A DNA stretch of 64,000 nt from Candidatus Nomurabacteria bacterium (GCA_028286645.1 JAQBRF010000004.1:205192-269191), one strand, 5' to 3'; numbered from the stretch's first letter, positions 19,441-29,866 are shown. The notes: generated from the sequence alone by a model not told the origin. Translations and numbers: made by a program.

Positions 19441-19533
19441 TTGTTTATTATACAGATTTTATAAATAAAATGCCGGCTCTTGTTTTACAGATAGGCCGAC
19501 TATGTATTTTTCATATTATTGATCTCCAGTGAA

Positions 19534-19734
19534 TTATTTAAAAAGAAATTCATCTTTTTCTACTTTAACTTTTAACTTTCTTCTATCAGCTTCTTGTCTC
19601 ATAATTTTCCACACAGGAAGAGTTCTTGGCTTGCCATCGGGCTGGACTAGGTAAGCTTCGATTTCTTCGTCTTCCCATTCGTCGACATTTACTGTTCCGT
19701 CAGATTTGATCAAACGTTCCCAATTTATCGCCAT
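19534..19734 (-). CDS. Small hypothetical protein (solo unit)
   Basis: SD AGGGGG before ATG 19734. Confidence 0.6.
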   Translation of the reverse strand: MAINWERLIKSDGTVNVDEWEDEEIEAYLVQPDGKPRTLPVWKIMRQEADRRKLKVKVEKDEFLFK

Positions 19735-19880
19735 GATAAGCCCCCTTTCTTTAGGCAATAGTTCCAAGTTAGTGTAACTGACAATTAGAATAATGCCTGT
19801 TGACAACTTCGTAAATAATAGAGATCATATATATTGAGGTACCCAATTTGGGTGCCATAGCCAAGAGAAAGGAAAAGAGG

Positions 19881-20186
19881 ATGTCCAAAAGAGTTCCTAT
19901 CCATGAAGGGGTGGAAATCCCAGTTCCACTCCCTCTCGTTGAAAGAATGGCCGAGTATCTGGAAAAATACCCCGCGCGGCAAAATATTGTGCGGAGAATC
20001 CATGACACTCTTCGAAGGGAAGGTAAGCGATACTTCGCAATTGTGTTGAAGACCGATCTGGAAACCATCCGTGCCCTAAAAGGGAACGGCGGGTGGCAGG
20101 GATTGATGCGTGAACTTGTGGGCATCAAAAAGTGGCTGGTGCCCAAAAAGAAAAGAAAAGCCCGGAGAAAAGCAAAAAAGAAGTAG
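19881..20186 (+). CDS. Basic hypothetical protein (solo unit)
   Basis: SD GAGG/AAGGA; TTGACA upstream; terminator AGCTGGCCGCG/CGCGGTCAGCT at 20199-20230; poly-K/R tail. Confidence 0.7.
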   Translation: MSKRVPIHEGVEIPVPLPLVERMAEYLEKYPARQNIVRRIHDTLRREGKRYFAIVLKTDLETIRALKGNGGWQGLMRELVGIKKWLVPKKKRKARRKAKKK

Positions 20187-20291
20187 ATTAAGATGAGAAG
20201 CTGGCCGCGCCAACCGCGGTCAGCTATTTTATTTAAATATTAGACAAATTTAAACCGCGAGTTGCCCCGCGGCTTTCCTGTGTGAGTTTCG

Positions 20292-20885
20292 TCAGAAGAA
20301 TGACCTGAAGTACGGCGCCCACCCTCCGCTTGCGAGCATGGCCTTCCATACGATATCTATTCCTTTAAAGGCCGGTACGGCCATAAGGAGCGTAAGCCAC
20401 GTCGCCGGAACTGACCATGCCACCACGCTGAAAGGAAGTCCGATGATACGGAAGCAGCTAACCAGCATGACTCGATTCTGCGGAAGAAGCCAATTTTCTC
20501 CAATGGTGGGGGCTACTGCAGTGCTGGGCGGCGAGAAGAAACCACCGAGCATGATCATTCCCATGCCTTTCTCCCCACTGAGCACTTGCAGGACAAACGC
20601 GCTATGATACTTTGCGAGCATCATCCCCATCGCCATGACGGGAATAACGACCACCAGTGTCAGGAATATCCCCGCACTTGTTTGGATGCTCATCGGCATG
20701 ATCTTCTTCAGAGCCGGCATACCACCCGCGTGATACAAGGCGCCGAGTAGTATTGCCCCAACGAGAAGAATGGGAGCCGCTTGTACTCCCGGGACCAGAA
20801 GAAACTTTTTCCACGTCATCGGCACTTCCGTGTAGATTCCGTAGAAGGTGAGCGCGAGCCCAATAGCAATGAATGTTTTACCCAT
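20292..20885 (-). CDS. GC-rich membrane protein, permease-like (solo unit)
   Basis: Multi-TM; SD AGGGGGG; TTGACA-17-TATAAT at 20933-20961. Confidence 0.7.
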   Translation of the reverse strand: MGKTFIAIGLALTFYGIYTEVPMTWKKFLLVPGVQAAPILLVGAILLGALYHAGGMPALKKIMPMSIQTSAGIFLTLVVVIPVMAMGMMLAKYHSAFVLQVLSGEKGMGMIMLGGFFSPPSTAVAPTIGENWLLPQNRVMLVSCFRIIGLPFSVVAWSVPATWLTLLMAVPAFKGIDIVWKAMLASGGWAPYFRSFF

Positions 20886-21082
20886 GTCTTCCCCCCTTTT
20901 CGAAGAGCAACAGTCCAATATTGGATAATCTTATTATACCTTAAATATAACTATCTGTCAATTAGATATTAATGTTTTTCCATTGCCAAATATGAAGAAA
21001 TAGTGTATTTTTTGTCTTAAGGATCAAATTGCTCATTTCATTTACCCAATACGCAGTAATTAAGTGCGCGAGGAATAAGCCG

Positions 21083-22027
21083 ATGGATAATTTCGAGGTA
21101 AAGCCAAAAGTCATCTTTATCGATGATCGACCTGATGTTGTCGCAGGGCGAGCCAAGATCTTGGAAGGAATGGGTTATCTGGTACAGATCTACTCAACCT
21201 CCGGGCAAGCTCTGGAAGCTGTCCATGACCTAAATGATCCCACCATCGTCTTTGTTGACATGGATATGGGGCCGGGAGAGGCAACAGGAGTTCAGATCGT
21301 AGCTTACTGGGATGAGAATCATCGCGCGCCTCTAACGATTTGGGCATATACCGCTGATTCCACTTCTAAGACCGAAACCCGCTTCCGAAGAGCGGGGGCC
21401 GACGGGGTTGTAAGTAAGACGTGCGATTTCGATACCTTCATGGGAGTAATGTATTCCGCAATACGATTTCTTCGAAAGGAGCAGCGTGCGACCAGAGACA
21501 AACTAACTCAAATCCCAAACCGGGATGAGGGTTTTATCCGAGGAGAGAAGCTGTTAGACGTGGCTCAGCGGGAGGAAAAGCCCCTGATCGGTATCATGTT
21601 CGACCTCGATGACTTCAAAAGCTATAACACCAAGTACACTCACCCAAGAGCGGATCGCATCCTCGTCCATGTTGTTCGGATGGCAAAAGCTCATCTTCGT
21701 AAAGCAGACGAGTTCTTCCGTTACGGAGGTGAAGAGTTTGTGGTCCTGTGCCACGATGCGCCGGATATCGACTTTGCTCTGAACCTTGAAGAGGCCTTAA
21801 ACACTGCATTACTCACAACCCTCACAGATTTGGGAGGGGGAGACCACGATACGTGTTGTGTGACCTTCGGCATTTGTCTCATATCAAAAGATGTGGAAGG
21901 CAGTGAGTACACAATGTCATATCTAGTGGACCAAACCGCCGTTAGCCTTCGGGAGCGTAAGAAGACCAAGTACGACAGGAAGGACGCATTACTCAAAAAA
22001 ATTAAAGAAGCGGCGAGGGAATTATGA
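21083..22027 (+). CDS. Response regulator-diguanylate cyclase (REC-GGDEF)
   Basis: FIDD, VDMDM; DLDDFKSYN; RxxD I-site RKAD; RYGGEEF. Confidence 0.9.
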   Translation: MDNFEVKPKVIFIDDRPDVVAGRAKILEGMGYLVQIYSTSGQALEAVHDLNDPTIVFVDMDMGPGEATGVQIVAYWDENHRAPLTIWAYTADSTSKTETRFRRAGADGVVSKTCDFDTFMGVMYSAIRFLRKEQRATRDKLTQIPNRDEGFIRGEKLLDVAQREEKPLIGIMFDLDDFKSYNTKYTHPRADRILVHVVRMAKAHLRKADEFFRYGGEEFVVLCHDAPDIDFALNLEEALNTALLTTLTDLGGGDHDTCCVTFGICLISKDVEGSEYTMSYLVDQTAVSLRERKKTKYDRKDALLKKIKEAAREL

Positions 22028-22106
22028 GAACAAACAGCCCAAAGGAATCAGGTGACGCGGCCCAAGAGTTGCGACACCTGTTTTATTTTGTAAAGACAAA
22101 TTCAGA

Positions 22107-23966
22107 TTAAATCAATTCCTTAGATTTTTCCAGACAAGTAATCGCTTTCTTTAAATCAACTTTATCTTTTAATATACCTTCCCACACGTCTCCATATTTA
22201 TGTATTCGTTTGAAAATTGTTTTAATAGTAAACTTTTTCGGATTTAACCCTTTTTTAACTTCAGCCCATTTAAGAGGGGTAGAGACTGTGGCGTCTTCTG
22301 TGGGACGAAGAGAGTATGGCGCGGCGATAGTTTGACCGATGTTATTTTGGAGGTAATCTAAATATATTTTCTTTTTTCTTTTTGCCGGTGATCTTTCCAA
22401 ACTTGTAATTTCCGGAAGCTTTTTGTTTACAATCTTTACTAAAAGTTCTGAGAAGTTTTTAACTTGTTCGAATGGATATTTGGCTCCAAGCGGCACGAAA
22501 ATGTGAATGCCCGTTTTCCCCGAAGTTTTTACGTAACTTTTTTCACACGACATATCTAAAACTTTTTTTACTTCTTGCGCTACTTTAATGAGTTCGTCTA
22601 ATGTGTTTTCTCCCGGATCTAAATCAATCACCATCCAATCTGGATAGTCTGGTTTAGCAATGCGCGAGTTCCATGGATTTATCTCGATGCATCCTAAGTT
22701 TGCCATATAAAGAAGTGTTTCTTTATTTTGGCATACTATATAATTCACATCTTCTTTCGTTGAATCTGCAGTTCTTTTGTATGTACTTACAAAGGGAGGT
22801 AATTCCCCTGTTACGTTCTTTTGGAAAAAGTTAGGCTTTCCTACCCCATTTGGATGGCGATTAAGAGATTCCGGTCGATCTTTTAAATATTTTAAAATTA
22901 TGGGCGAGATTTTTTCGTAGTAATTAATCACATCGCCTTTGGTTACATTTCCTTTCGGAAAGTAGACTTTATCTAAGTGAGTTAATTCTGCCTTTTGTTT
23001 TATATTATTTGACTTTATAGTTTTTGTTTTCATGATTTTTACTTTTTCTTTTTTAACTTCTCTAATTTTTTTATCTTCTCGGAGGCCCAGGTAAACCGGC
23101 TGCCGCATGATACCGCCCCCTGTCCATTCAGCGAACTTTATTTGAGCAATAAGCGATGGCTTAATCCAAGTAATAGGAGAATTAAGCGGGACTTTCGATT
23201 TAAAGGGAGAATTTGAGACTTTAAGAGTCTTCATCTGTGAATAAAGATCTTTAAGAATTGTTTGATTAAATCCGGTTCCGGTATGTCCGACGAAAGTAAA
23301 CTCACCATTATCTTTATATTGTCCTAAAACCAATGACCCGAAATAACTTCTAGATCCTTTAGGCTCCGTAAATCCGGCTATTATCGCTTCATCGCCTTGA
23401 TGATGTTTTATTTTCAGCCAAGACTCGCTTCTTTTGTTTGGCGTATATTTGCTATTTATTTCTTTGGCCATTATTCCTTCCAGATTTTTACTGACTGCCT
23501 GTTTAAATAATTCCTTTCCTTTCCCTTTTACATGGCTAGAATAAGTTAGCTTCGGGTATTTCTTTAGTATATTTTCCAAAATATCTTTTCGTTCTAAAAG
23601 TGGCTTATACATAATATTTTTCCCTTCAAAATAAAGCAGATCGAAAATAACATACTCTATCTTAATATCCTTATTGCTTTCCATATTTTGCAAACTTTGA
23701 AATGAAGCATTTCCACTTTTGTCATATGCAACTATTTCCCCGTCAAATAAAACATTTTCTTTAACTTTCTTTAGTAAATTTACAATATCAGGATACTTTT
23801 CTGTAAAGCTCTTTAAGTTTCTAGAATACAAATCCACCTTTCTCTCGTTAACCTCCGCAAGGGCTCGGTATCCGTCTAATTTTATTTCATATATATAATC
23901 TTCGCTATCAAATGGAGCATTTGCTAAGGTCGCAAGCATTGGCTTAATTTTAGTAATTTTATTCAT
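22107..23966 (-). CDS. ligD: NHEJ DNA ligase D (ligase + primase/polymerase domains)
   Basis: EIKLDGYR adenylation motif; WLKIK; LTHLDKVYFP; IDLDP; KTSGKTGIH. Confidence 0.95.
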   Translation of the reverse strand: MNKITKIKPMLATLANAPFDSEDYIYEIKLDGYRALAEVNERKVDLYSRNLKSFTEKYPDIVNLLKKVKENVLFDGEIVAYDKSGNASFQSLQNMESNKDIKIEYVIFDLLYFEGKNIMYKPLLERKDILENILKKYPKLTYSSHVKGKGKELFKQAVSKNLEGIMAKEINSKYTPNKRSESWLKIKHHQGDEAIIAGFTEPKGSRSYFGSLVLGQYKDNGEFTFVGHTGTGFNQTILKDLYSQMKTLKVSNSPFKSKVPLNSPITWIKPSLIAQIKFAEWTGGGIMRQPVYLGLREDKKIREVKKEKVKIMKTKTIKSNNIKQKAELTHLDKVYFPKGNVTKGDVINYYEKISPIILKYLKDRPESLNRHPNGVGKPNFFQKNVTGELPPFVSTYKRTADSTKEDVNYIVCQNKETLLYMANLGCIEINPWNSRIAKPDYPDWMVIDLDPGENTLDELIKVAQEVKKVLDMSCEKSYVKTSGKTGIHIFVPLGAKYPFEQVKNFSELLVKIVNKKLPEITSLERSPAKRKKKIYLDYLQNNIGQTIAAPYSLRPTEDATVSTPLKWAEVKKGLNPKKFTIKTIFKRIHKYGDVWEGILKDKVDLKKAITCLEKSKELI

Positions 23967-23976
23967 ATCTGTCTTT

Positions 23977-24585
23977 TTATTTTTTAAGTTTGCTTATTTT
24001 TTCTTTATATTTTGTCGTATCTTCCTTTCTGCCAATAAGCATTCTTCCAGAAAGAACAGAACGAGGATCAGCTGTTACATCGTCGCTTGTAGCGTAATTA
24101 TCTTTTCCTTTTACAAGCATCCAGCCTTTTTGATCTCCTAATCTAAAAAGAGAAAATAATCCCTTTAGCTTTTCGCCTTCTATTATGAATTTAAACTTAC
24201 CGCTCTTTAATCCTCTAAGAAATTCCTTCTCGCTTTCATCTCTTTCATCTGTATTTTCACTATGATATATTCCTTTATCCCAAACTATAACGTCTCCTGC
24301 GCCATAATTTCCTTCCGGAATGCTTCCCTCAAATGTATTGTAGGAAATGGGATGATCTTCTGTCGGCATGGCGAGGCGCTTAATAGACGGATCCATGGAA
24401 GGGCCTTTAGGAACTGCCCAGCTTTTCATCACTCCTTCCATTTCTAATCGAAAGTCATAATGAAGGTGGGATGCGTCATGCTTTTGAACTACAAATCTTA
24501 AGCCACTTGACTTCTTTTGCTTTGTCCCTTTTGGCTCCGGTGTTTGCTCAAACTTTCTTTTTTTATTATATAAAGTAAGTGACAT
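23977..24585 (-). CDS. Stand-alone LigD 3'-phosphoesterase domain
   Basis: FVVQKHDASHLHYDFRLE; SWAVPKGPS. Confidence 0.93.
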   Translation of the reverse strand: MSLTLYNKKRKFEQTPEPKGTKQKKSSGLRFVVQKHDASHLHYDFRLEMEGVMKSWAVPKGPSMDPSIKRLAMPTEDHPISYNTFEGSIPEGNYGAGDVIVWDKGIYHSENTDERDESEKEFLRGLKSGKFKFIIEGEKLKGLFSLFRLGDQKGWMLVKGKDNYATSDDVTADPRSVLSGRMLIGRKEDTTKYKEKISKLKK

Positions 24586-24596
24586 GGTTAATATGT

Positions 24597-25379
24597 TTAA
24601 CCCCGTACAGTTTCTTTCTCCAGGCTTTTCTTTAAAAGCTTCATCAAGTCTTTCATCTGGGTATCGGTTCTTTCTTTTTGGTGGGCTGGTGCTTTTACTT
24701 TTTTACCCTTTGCTTTCGCTTCGATCACTTCCTTAAGTTCATCGACATAAGTATCTTTAAATTTCTTTGGATCAAATTTGCTGGTGAGCTGTTTTATAAG
24801 CGTGGTGGCGACACTAAACTCACCATCCGAATAATTCGCGGACTTTGGAATCGCGAGGTCTTTTGTATCTTTTATCTCATCTCTGAAACGAAGCTGGTTT
24901 AAAACAAGAACGTCTCCATCTGGCTTAATCGCTGCAATGTGCTCTTTATCTCTCATGACGAACCTCGCTATTGCGACCTTTTTAGACTTTTCTAAAGCAT
25001 CGCGCAAAAGAAGATATGCTTTTCCCGCCTTTTTATCGGGCTCTATATAATATGGCTTTTCATAATACTTGCTTTCAATATCCTCTTCATCAGAAAATTG
25101 AACGATATCAATTAGATCGGTTTTCTTCGGGGCGGCTTTTTTGAAATCTGATTCATCTAAAATAATATAATCTCCTTTTTGATATTCATATCCTTTAACA
25201 ATGTCTTCTTGGGGTATTTCTTTATGGTTATCACGGCAAACTTTTATATATGAAACAGGGCAATTCCCATGCTTATCAAATAACTTAAAACTAAGCGCCC
25301 GCTCCTCAGACGCGCTATAGAGCTTAACCGGAATGTTAATTAATCCAAACGAGAGAGAACCAGTCCATAATGATCTCAT
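24597..25379 (-). CDS. ku: NHEJ protein Ku
   Basis: MRSLWTGSLSFGLINIPVKLY; IVKGYEY; FKDTY. Confidence 0.95.
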   Translation of the reverse strand: MRSLWTGSLSFGLINIPVKLYSASEERALSFKLFDKHGNCPVSYIKVCRDNHKEIPQEDIVKGYEYQKGDYIILDESDFKKAAPKKTDLIDIVQFSDEEDIESKYYEKPYYIEPDKKAGKAYLLLRDALEKSKKVAIARFVMRDKEHIAAIKPDGDVLVLNQLRFRDEIKDTKDLAIPKSANYSDGEFSVATTLIKQLTSKFDPKKFKDTYVDELKEVIEAKAKGKKVKAPAHQKERTDTQMKDLMKLLKKSLEKETVRG

Positions 25380-25415
25380 AATATTATAAATTAAGGCTTA
25401 TAATCCCTAATTACC

Positions 25416-25444
25416 ATGACGTCTTAAGCTCATTTAACCTTACG
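25416..25444 (-). promoter_or_regulatory. Candidate ECF-sigma promoter of the ku operon
   Basis: CGTAAG-17-CGTCAT on the minus strand, resembling the motifs at 32256 and 33597. Confidence 0.45.
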
Positions 25445-25446
25445 AG

Positions 25447-25893
25447 TTAGTCTAATGAGTATGGAAGCCTCTTAGCGGGAGACATGGTAGTTTTAGGATC
25501 TTCTATCCAATCGTTATTCACATCTACGTATAATTCAAGTTCGTTGTTATCTGGATCTAACATATAAAGACTATGCGTAACATGGTGATCTGTAGCTCCG
25601 ACTACCGTAACTCCTTTTTCTAGCAATTCTTTATAGGCAGACTTCAGTTCGTCTGGGGTATTCCCTATTTTAAATCCGATATGATATAGACCTGGGGTTG
25701 GACGCGATTCTTCTTTAGGATTTCCACCCACTTCAATTAAAAGCAACTCGTGATGAGTTCTTCCGGAAGAAAATAAAGCAGTGTGTAGATCTCTATGGAT
25801 TTCTTTAAACCCTAAAATATCTTTATAAAAATCCGCAGATTTCTTCAAATTAGAAACATAAAGCACCACGTGGCCAAGTTCATGAATTTTCAT
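25447..25893 (-). CDS. VOC family protein (catechol dioxygenase-like)
   Basis: LGHVVL; HHELLL; GLYHIGF; SLYMLDPDNNELELY. Confidence 0.9.
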   Translation of the reverse strand: MKIHELGHVVLYVSNLKKSADFYKDILGFKEIHRDLHTALFSSGRTHHELLLIEVGGNPKEESRPTPGLYHIGFKIGNTPDELKSAYKELLEKGVTVVGATDHHVTHSLYMLDPDNNELELYVDVNNDWIEDPKTTMSPAKRLPYSLD

Positions 25894-25902
25894 ACTGTAA
25901 AG

Positions 25903-25945
25903 TATACCCCCACACTAATTTAAAAGAAATTAGTGTGGGGGTATA
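25903..25945. repeat. Perfect 19-bp inverted repeat
   Basis: TATACCCCCACACTAATTT-AAAAG-AAATTAGTGTGGGGGTATA. Confidence 0.9.
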
Positions 25946-26056
25946 GGAAAGCCAATCCCCATATTTAAGTCATAATTTAACAATATCTTGCTATACTTTA
26001 TGTATTCAGGAGTGTCTTTCTCGTGGGAGAAATAGGATATTTCCTTATATTATTTT

Positions 26057-27496
26057 ATGAAATCCTTTCCAGAGGTGTTTTGCATAGTCGATACTGAAAC
26101 CACAGGCATGCGGGCAGAATTTTCGCGTGTAATAGATATCGGTATTATAAGAGTGGAAAAAGGAAAAGTGGTAAAAAGATACGAGACACTTATAAACCCA
26201 GGATTTACACTTCCTGGAAATATTATTTCCATCACTGGAATTAATGACAAGGATTTAATAGAGGCGCCGACTTTTGATGAAGTGGCTCTTGAAATTGAAA
26301 GCATGCTGAAGGACGCTGTGTTTGTCGCCCATAATGCAGCATTTGATTATTCATTTATACAAAATGAGTTTAAGAGAATTGGTATAGACTTCAAGGCTCC
26401 GACACTTTGCAGTGTAAAATTATCCCGCGCTCTTTATACAAAAGAAAAACGCCACAATCTAGACGCTTTAATTGAAAGACATAATATTCCTTGCTCAGAA
26501 AGACATAGAGCCATGCCGGACGCGGAAGCGGTGCTCACATTCTTCGAAACCATTACTAAAGAATTTAAAAGTATAGCGATCAAGGAAGCGGTAGATAAAA
26601 TTATTGGCGGTACTTCTACAAGGAATAATTTAACAAATTTGCCCGATGGCGCAGGAGTTTACTTCTTTTATGGAGATGATCAAGAACTTCTTTATATAGG
26701 AAAAAGCAAACATATACGCACCAGAGTTCGTTCTCACTTTCATAAAAGTCCTGAGGGGAAACAAAAAAGAATTCAAGGAGAAACATCCCGCATTGAGACA
26801 ATTCAAACTTCGGGAGAACTTTCTGCTCTTATCTTGGAAGCAAACTTAATCAAAGCGAAATCCCCTATCTATAACAGAGCGCTAAGAAATAGAAGAAAAC
26901 TTGTTTTAGCCAAAGTCTCGCCGAGCGTGAACGGATATAACAAAGTAAATCTAGAATGGACAACTGATTTAGCGCCGGATAGTACGATAGTTTCAGTTTT
27001 TAGAAGCATGGCTCAGGCAAAGGCAAAGCTTCAGGAAATTGCAAAAGAAAATAAGTTATGCGAAAAGCTTTTAAATATAGATAAAAATAACGGAGCCTGT
27101 TTTAGTCATCAAATAAGAATCTGTGATGGTGCATGCTTAGGTAAAATTACCGCAGAAGCTCATAACAAAAGAATAAATGATGTGTTTGCATCCAGAAGAA
27201 TAAAGACCTGGCCCTATAATGGTACAGTTCTTATAACTGAACAGGATAACCAAGAGAGAGGAACGTTATTCTTTATTGATAACTGGGTGCTAAGAGGTGC
27301 ATTTAAATTCGATGGGGAAAGTTATGAACAATTAATGGAACATAACAGCTCTTTTGATTACGATACTTACAAAATCCTTACCAGATACATGCTTAATAAG
27401 ACTAACAAAAGAAATATTAAGGTTTTATCTCCAAAAGAATATAAAATCCACCACGAAAAATGCACTGGAAGCTATGAAAATACGGTTTATATTTAA
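26057..27496 (+). CDS. DnaQ-like 3'-5' exonuclease fused to GIY-YIG (UvrC/Cho-like) domain
   Basis: DTETTG, AHNAAFD, HRAMPDA; GVYFF...LYIGKS...RVRSHF. Confidence 0.9.
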   Translation: MKSFPEVFCIVDTETTGMRAEFSRVIDIGIIRVEKGKVVKRYETLINPGFTLPGNIISITGINDKDLIEAPTFDEVALEIESMLKDAVFVAHNAAFDYSFIQNEFKRIGIDFKAPTLCSVKLSRALYTKEKRHNLDALIERHNIPCSERHRAMPDAEAVLTFFETITKEFKSIAIKEAVDKIIGGTSTRNNLTNLPDGAGVYFFYGDDQELLYIGKSKHIRTRVRSHFHKSPEGKQKRIQGETSRIETIQTSGELSALILEANLIKAKSPIYNRALRNRRKLVLAKVSPSVNGYNKVNLEWTTDLAPDSTIVSVFRSMAQAKAKLQEIAKENKLCEKLLNIDKNNGACFSHQIRICDGACLGKITAEAHNKRINDVFASRRIKTWPYNGTVLITEQDNQERGTLFFIDNWVLRGAFKFDGESYEQLMEHNSSFDYDTYKILTRYMLNKTNKRNIKVLSPKEYKIHHEKCTGSYENTVYI

Positions 27497-27632
27497 AAAC
27501 TAGACATGAGTTAAAATTTTTGGGATAGTATTTATAGGATGTGCAAGCATCCTTCCTGAGACGAAGTTATTCAGAATGACAAACTAACGCTAAATTAAAC
27601 AAGGAAAAATTTACCAGTTAATTAAATTAAAT

Positions 27633-28250
27633 ATGGACTATAATAAATTGGCAACAAAAGAGACACTAGACAAAACAGTTTCCGCATTAAAAGAAAGAAA
27701 TATAGACGCAATTGTATGCGCAAATAAAGACGAAGCTCTTTCAAAGATTAAGGAAATGATTCCGGATGGAGCTTCGGTAAATAATGGAAGTTCTACCACA
27801 CTTCAACAATTAGGTTTTGTTGATTTACTTAAGTCCGGGAATCATAAATGGATTAATTTAAAGGAAGAAGTGGTAAAGGAAACTGATCCTGCCAAGCAAG
27901 CCGAGGCCAGAAATAAAGCATTGTTTTCTCAATACTATTTAGGATCAGTTCATGCAGTTTCTGAAGGTGGTGAAGTTATAATTGCTTCCGCATCTGGAAG
28001 CCAATTGCCGCACCTTGTATTTACTTCGCCAAATATTATTTTCGTCGTAAGTACAAAAAAGATCTGCCCAGATCTTAATAGCGGACTAGAGAGGATAAGA
28101 ACTCATGTAGTCCCTCTTGAAGATGAAAGGATGAAATCAGTAGGAATGGGAGGAACAGTGCTTTCTAAGATACTTATTCTAGAAAAGGAGCCGGCCTTCA
28201 TGAATAGAAAAGTCACAATGATCTTCGTAGAAGAGAACTTAGGGTTCTAA
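27633..28250 (+). CDS. LUD-domain (lactate utilisation) protein
   Basis: GSSTTL; GSVHAV; SASGSQL. Confidence 0.8.
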   Translation: MDYNKLATKETLDKTVSALKERNIDAIVCANKDEALSKIKEMIPDGASVNNGSSTTLQQLGFVDLLKSGNHKWINLKEEVVKETDPAKQAEARNKALFSQYYLGSVHAVSEGGEVIIASASGSQLPHLVFTSPNIIFVVSTKKICPDLNSGLERIRTHVVPLEDERMKSVGMGGTVLSKILILEKEPAFMNRKVTMIFVEENLGF

Positions 28251-28302
28251 GACTGGAATTCATAATTAGTTATTGTTAAATACAATTAAATAAACTACTT
28301 CC

Positions 28303-29013
28303 ATGAAAATTAATCATATTCCTGGCGAAAGCCGAGGAAAAGGAGACCATGAATGGCTTAAAAGCCGTTTCTCATTTTCCTTTGCAGATTATTATGACCC
28401 TTCTAGAATGGGGTTTGGTCCACTTCGAGTGATCAATGATGACTGGATAGCACCTGGATCTGGATTTCCTCCTCATTCTCACCGTGATATGGAAATCTTT
28501 ACCATTCCCTTATCTGGGAAGCTTCATCATAAAGATAATACAGGCAAAGAATCAGTAATAGGACCTGGAGAAATTCAAATAATGTCTGCAGGAACGGGGG
28601 TGACTCATTCTGAGTTCAACGATTCTGAAACCGAACCTCTTAACTTGCTTCAGATCTGGATCGAACCAAGTATCCGAGGCATATCCCCCCGCCATGAGGA
28701 AAAAAGTTTCCCCTTCTTAAATGAGAAGAATAAATTGCATGAAATAATTAACCCCACAGGAGAAAGTAATGCCCTTAAAATCCAACAAGGTGCATATATA
28801 TATCTAGGAACATGGAACAAAAAAGAAGAAATTAAATTTCATATGCATGGCGCAAATAATGGACTGTACATATTTGTAATTGAAGGTATGATATCGGTGG
28901 GAGAAGTTGCGGCAAATAAGAAAGACGCTTTAGAAGTTACTCAAGCAGAAAATATTAGCATTAGGGTTTCAGAAAATACTTTCCTCCTTATTATAGAAGT
29001 ACCAAACGTATAA
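28303..29013 (+). CDS. Pirin family protein
   Basis: HSHRDMEI; MSAGTGVTHSEFN; LLQIWI. Confidence 0.93.
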   Translation: MKINHIPGESRGKGDHEWLKSRFSFSFADYYDPSRMGFGPLRVINDDWIAPGSGFPPHSHRDMEIFTIPLSGKLHHKDNTGKESVIGPGEIQIMSAGTGVTHSEFNDSETEPLNLLQIWIEPSIRGISPRHEEKSFPFLNEKNKLHEIINPTGESNALKIQQGAYIYLGTWNKKEEIKFHMHGANNGLYIFVIEGMISVGEVAANKKDALEVTQAENISIRVSENTFLLIIEVPNV

Positions 29014-29760
29014 TTAGTACCCTAGATCCTTTAGGTGTTTTCTGATGGCGGCCTCATTTGTATATAGCGCTGTTTCATGTTGTCCGTTTGAATTGCATTC
29101 ACATTCAGACATAAAGTCGTTATTTACATCAGACATGTGCTTTGGGTCGTCATAAATATCAACACCATATAAAATTCCTTGTATATCAGCATGATCTTGC
29201 GGCCAAGCTGTCAAAACAATTATTTCGTCCTCTGGATCCTTATCGGCATTTGCGAAAAAGGCCGCTTTAATTTCTGGGCTTCCTCCATTGGGCGAGATAG
29301 TTGTAATAAACTTCGTTAGATAACCTCCATTTGTAGGTGTAAATAAATACATATTATAATAATTATCTGTAGTGTGATCTATATAATTGTCATGTTGTCT
29401 TGATTTTGTTATTTCAAATGGATAAAAAACAATAATGTAATTGACGCCGCCACTCTCACTTTTAAAATAAACAGGAGACAGGTCTGATTTTTTAAAAGAT
29501 ATTTTTACTCCTGGCTGATCAAAATAAGAGCTTCCAAAACCTTCTTTACTTATTGACGCTGGTTCATATTTTGCGATAATATCAGAAACTTTTAAATTAT
29601 TTTCCATCGATGGCGTAGTCGTTGCAGAAGATTTTAAAGGCACATTTTCAATTGGTTTATTTTGAAAACGAATAATGTTTACTATTAAGGCAATTAGAAT
29701 AATTAATACAATACCTGCTCCGGAAATAAGTACTATTAAGGAGTGCTTATGAAAGGTCAT
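29014..29760 (-). CDS. Membrane-anchored hypothetical protein
   Basis: N-terminal TM; NADKDPEDE Ca-binding-like motif. Confidence 0.7.
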   Translation of the reverse strand: MTFHKHSLIVLISGAGIVLIILIALIVNIIRFQNKPIENVPLKSSATTTPSMENNLKVSDIIAKYEPASISKEGFGSSYFDQPGVKISFKKSDLSPVYFKSESGGVNYIIVFYPFEITKSRQHDNYIDHTTDNYYNMYLFTPTNGGYLTKFITTISPNGGSPEIKAAFFANADKDPEDEIIVLTAWPQDHADIQGILYGVDIYDDPKHMSDVNNDFMSECECNSNGQHETALYTNEAAIRKHLKDLGY

Positions 29761-29866
29761 GATATGAGTATATATCCCAATTGTGTATATCTATGTGTTT
29801 ACATTGTTGCCAAACAAAACAGACAGTTCTATAATTAAATAGTTACCAGTTAATAAGGAAAAAAAT

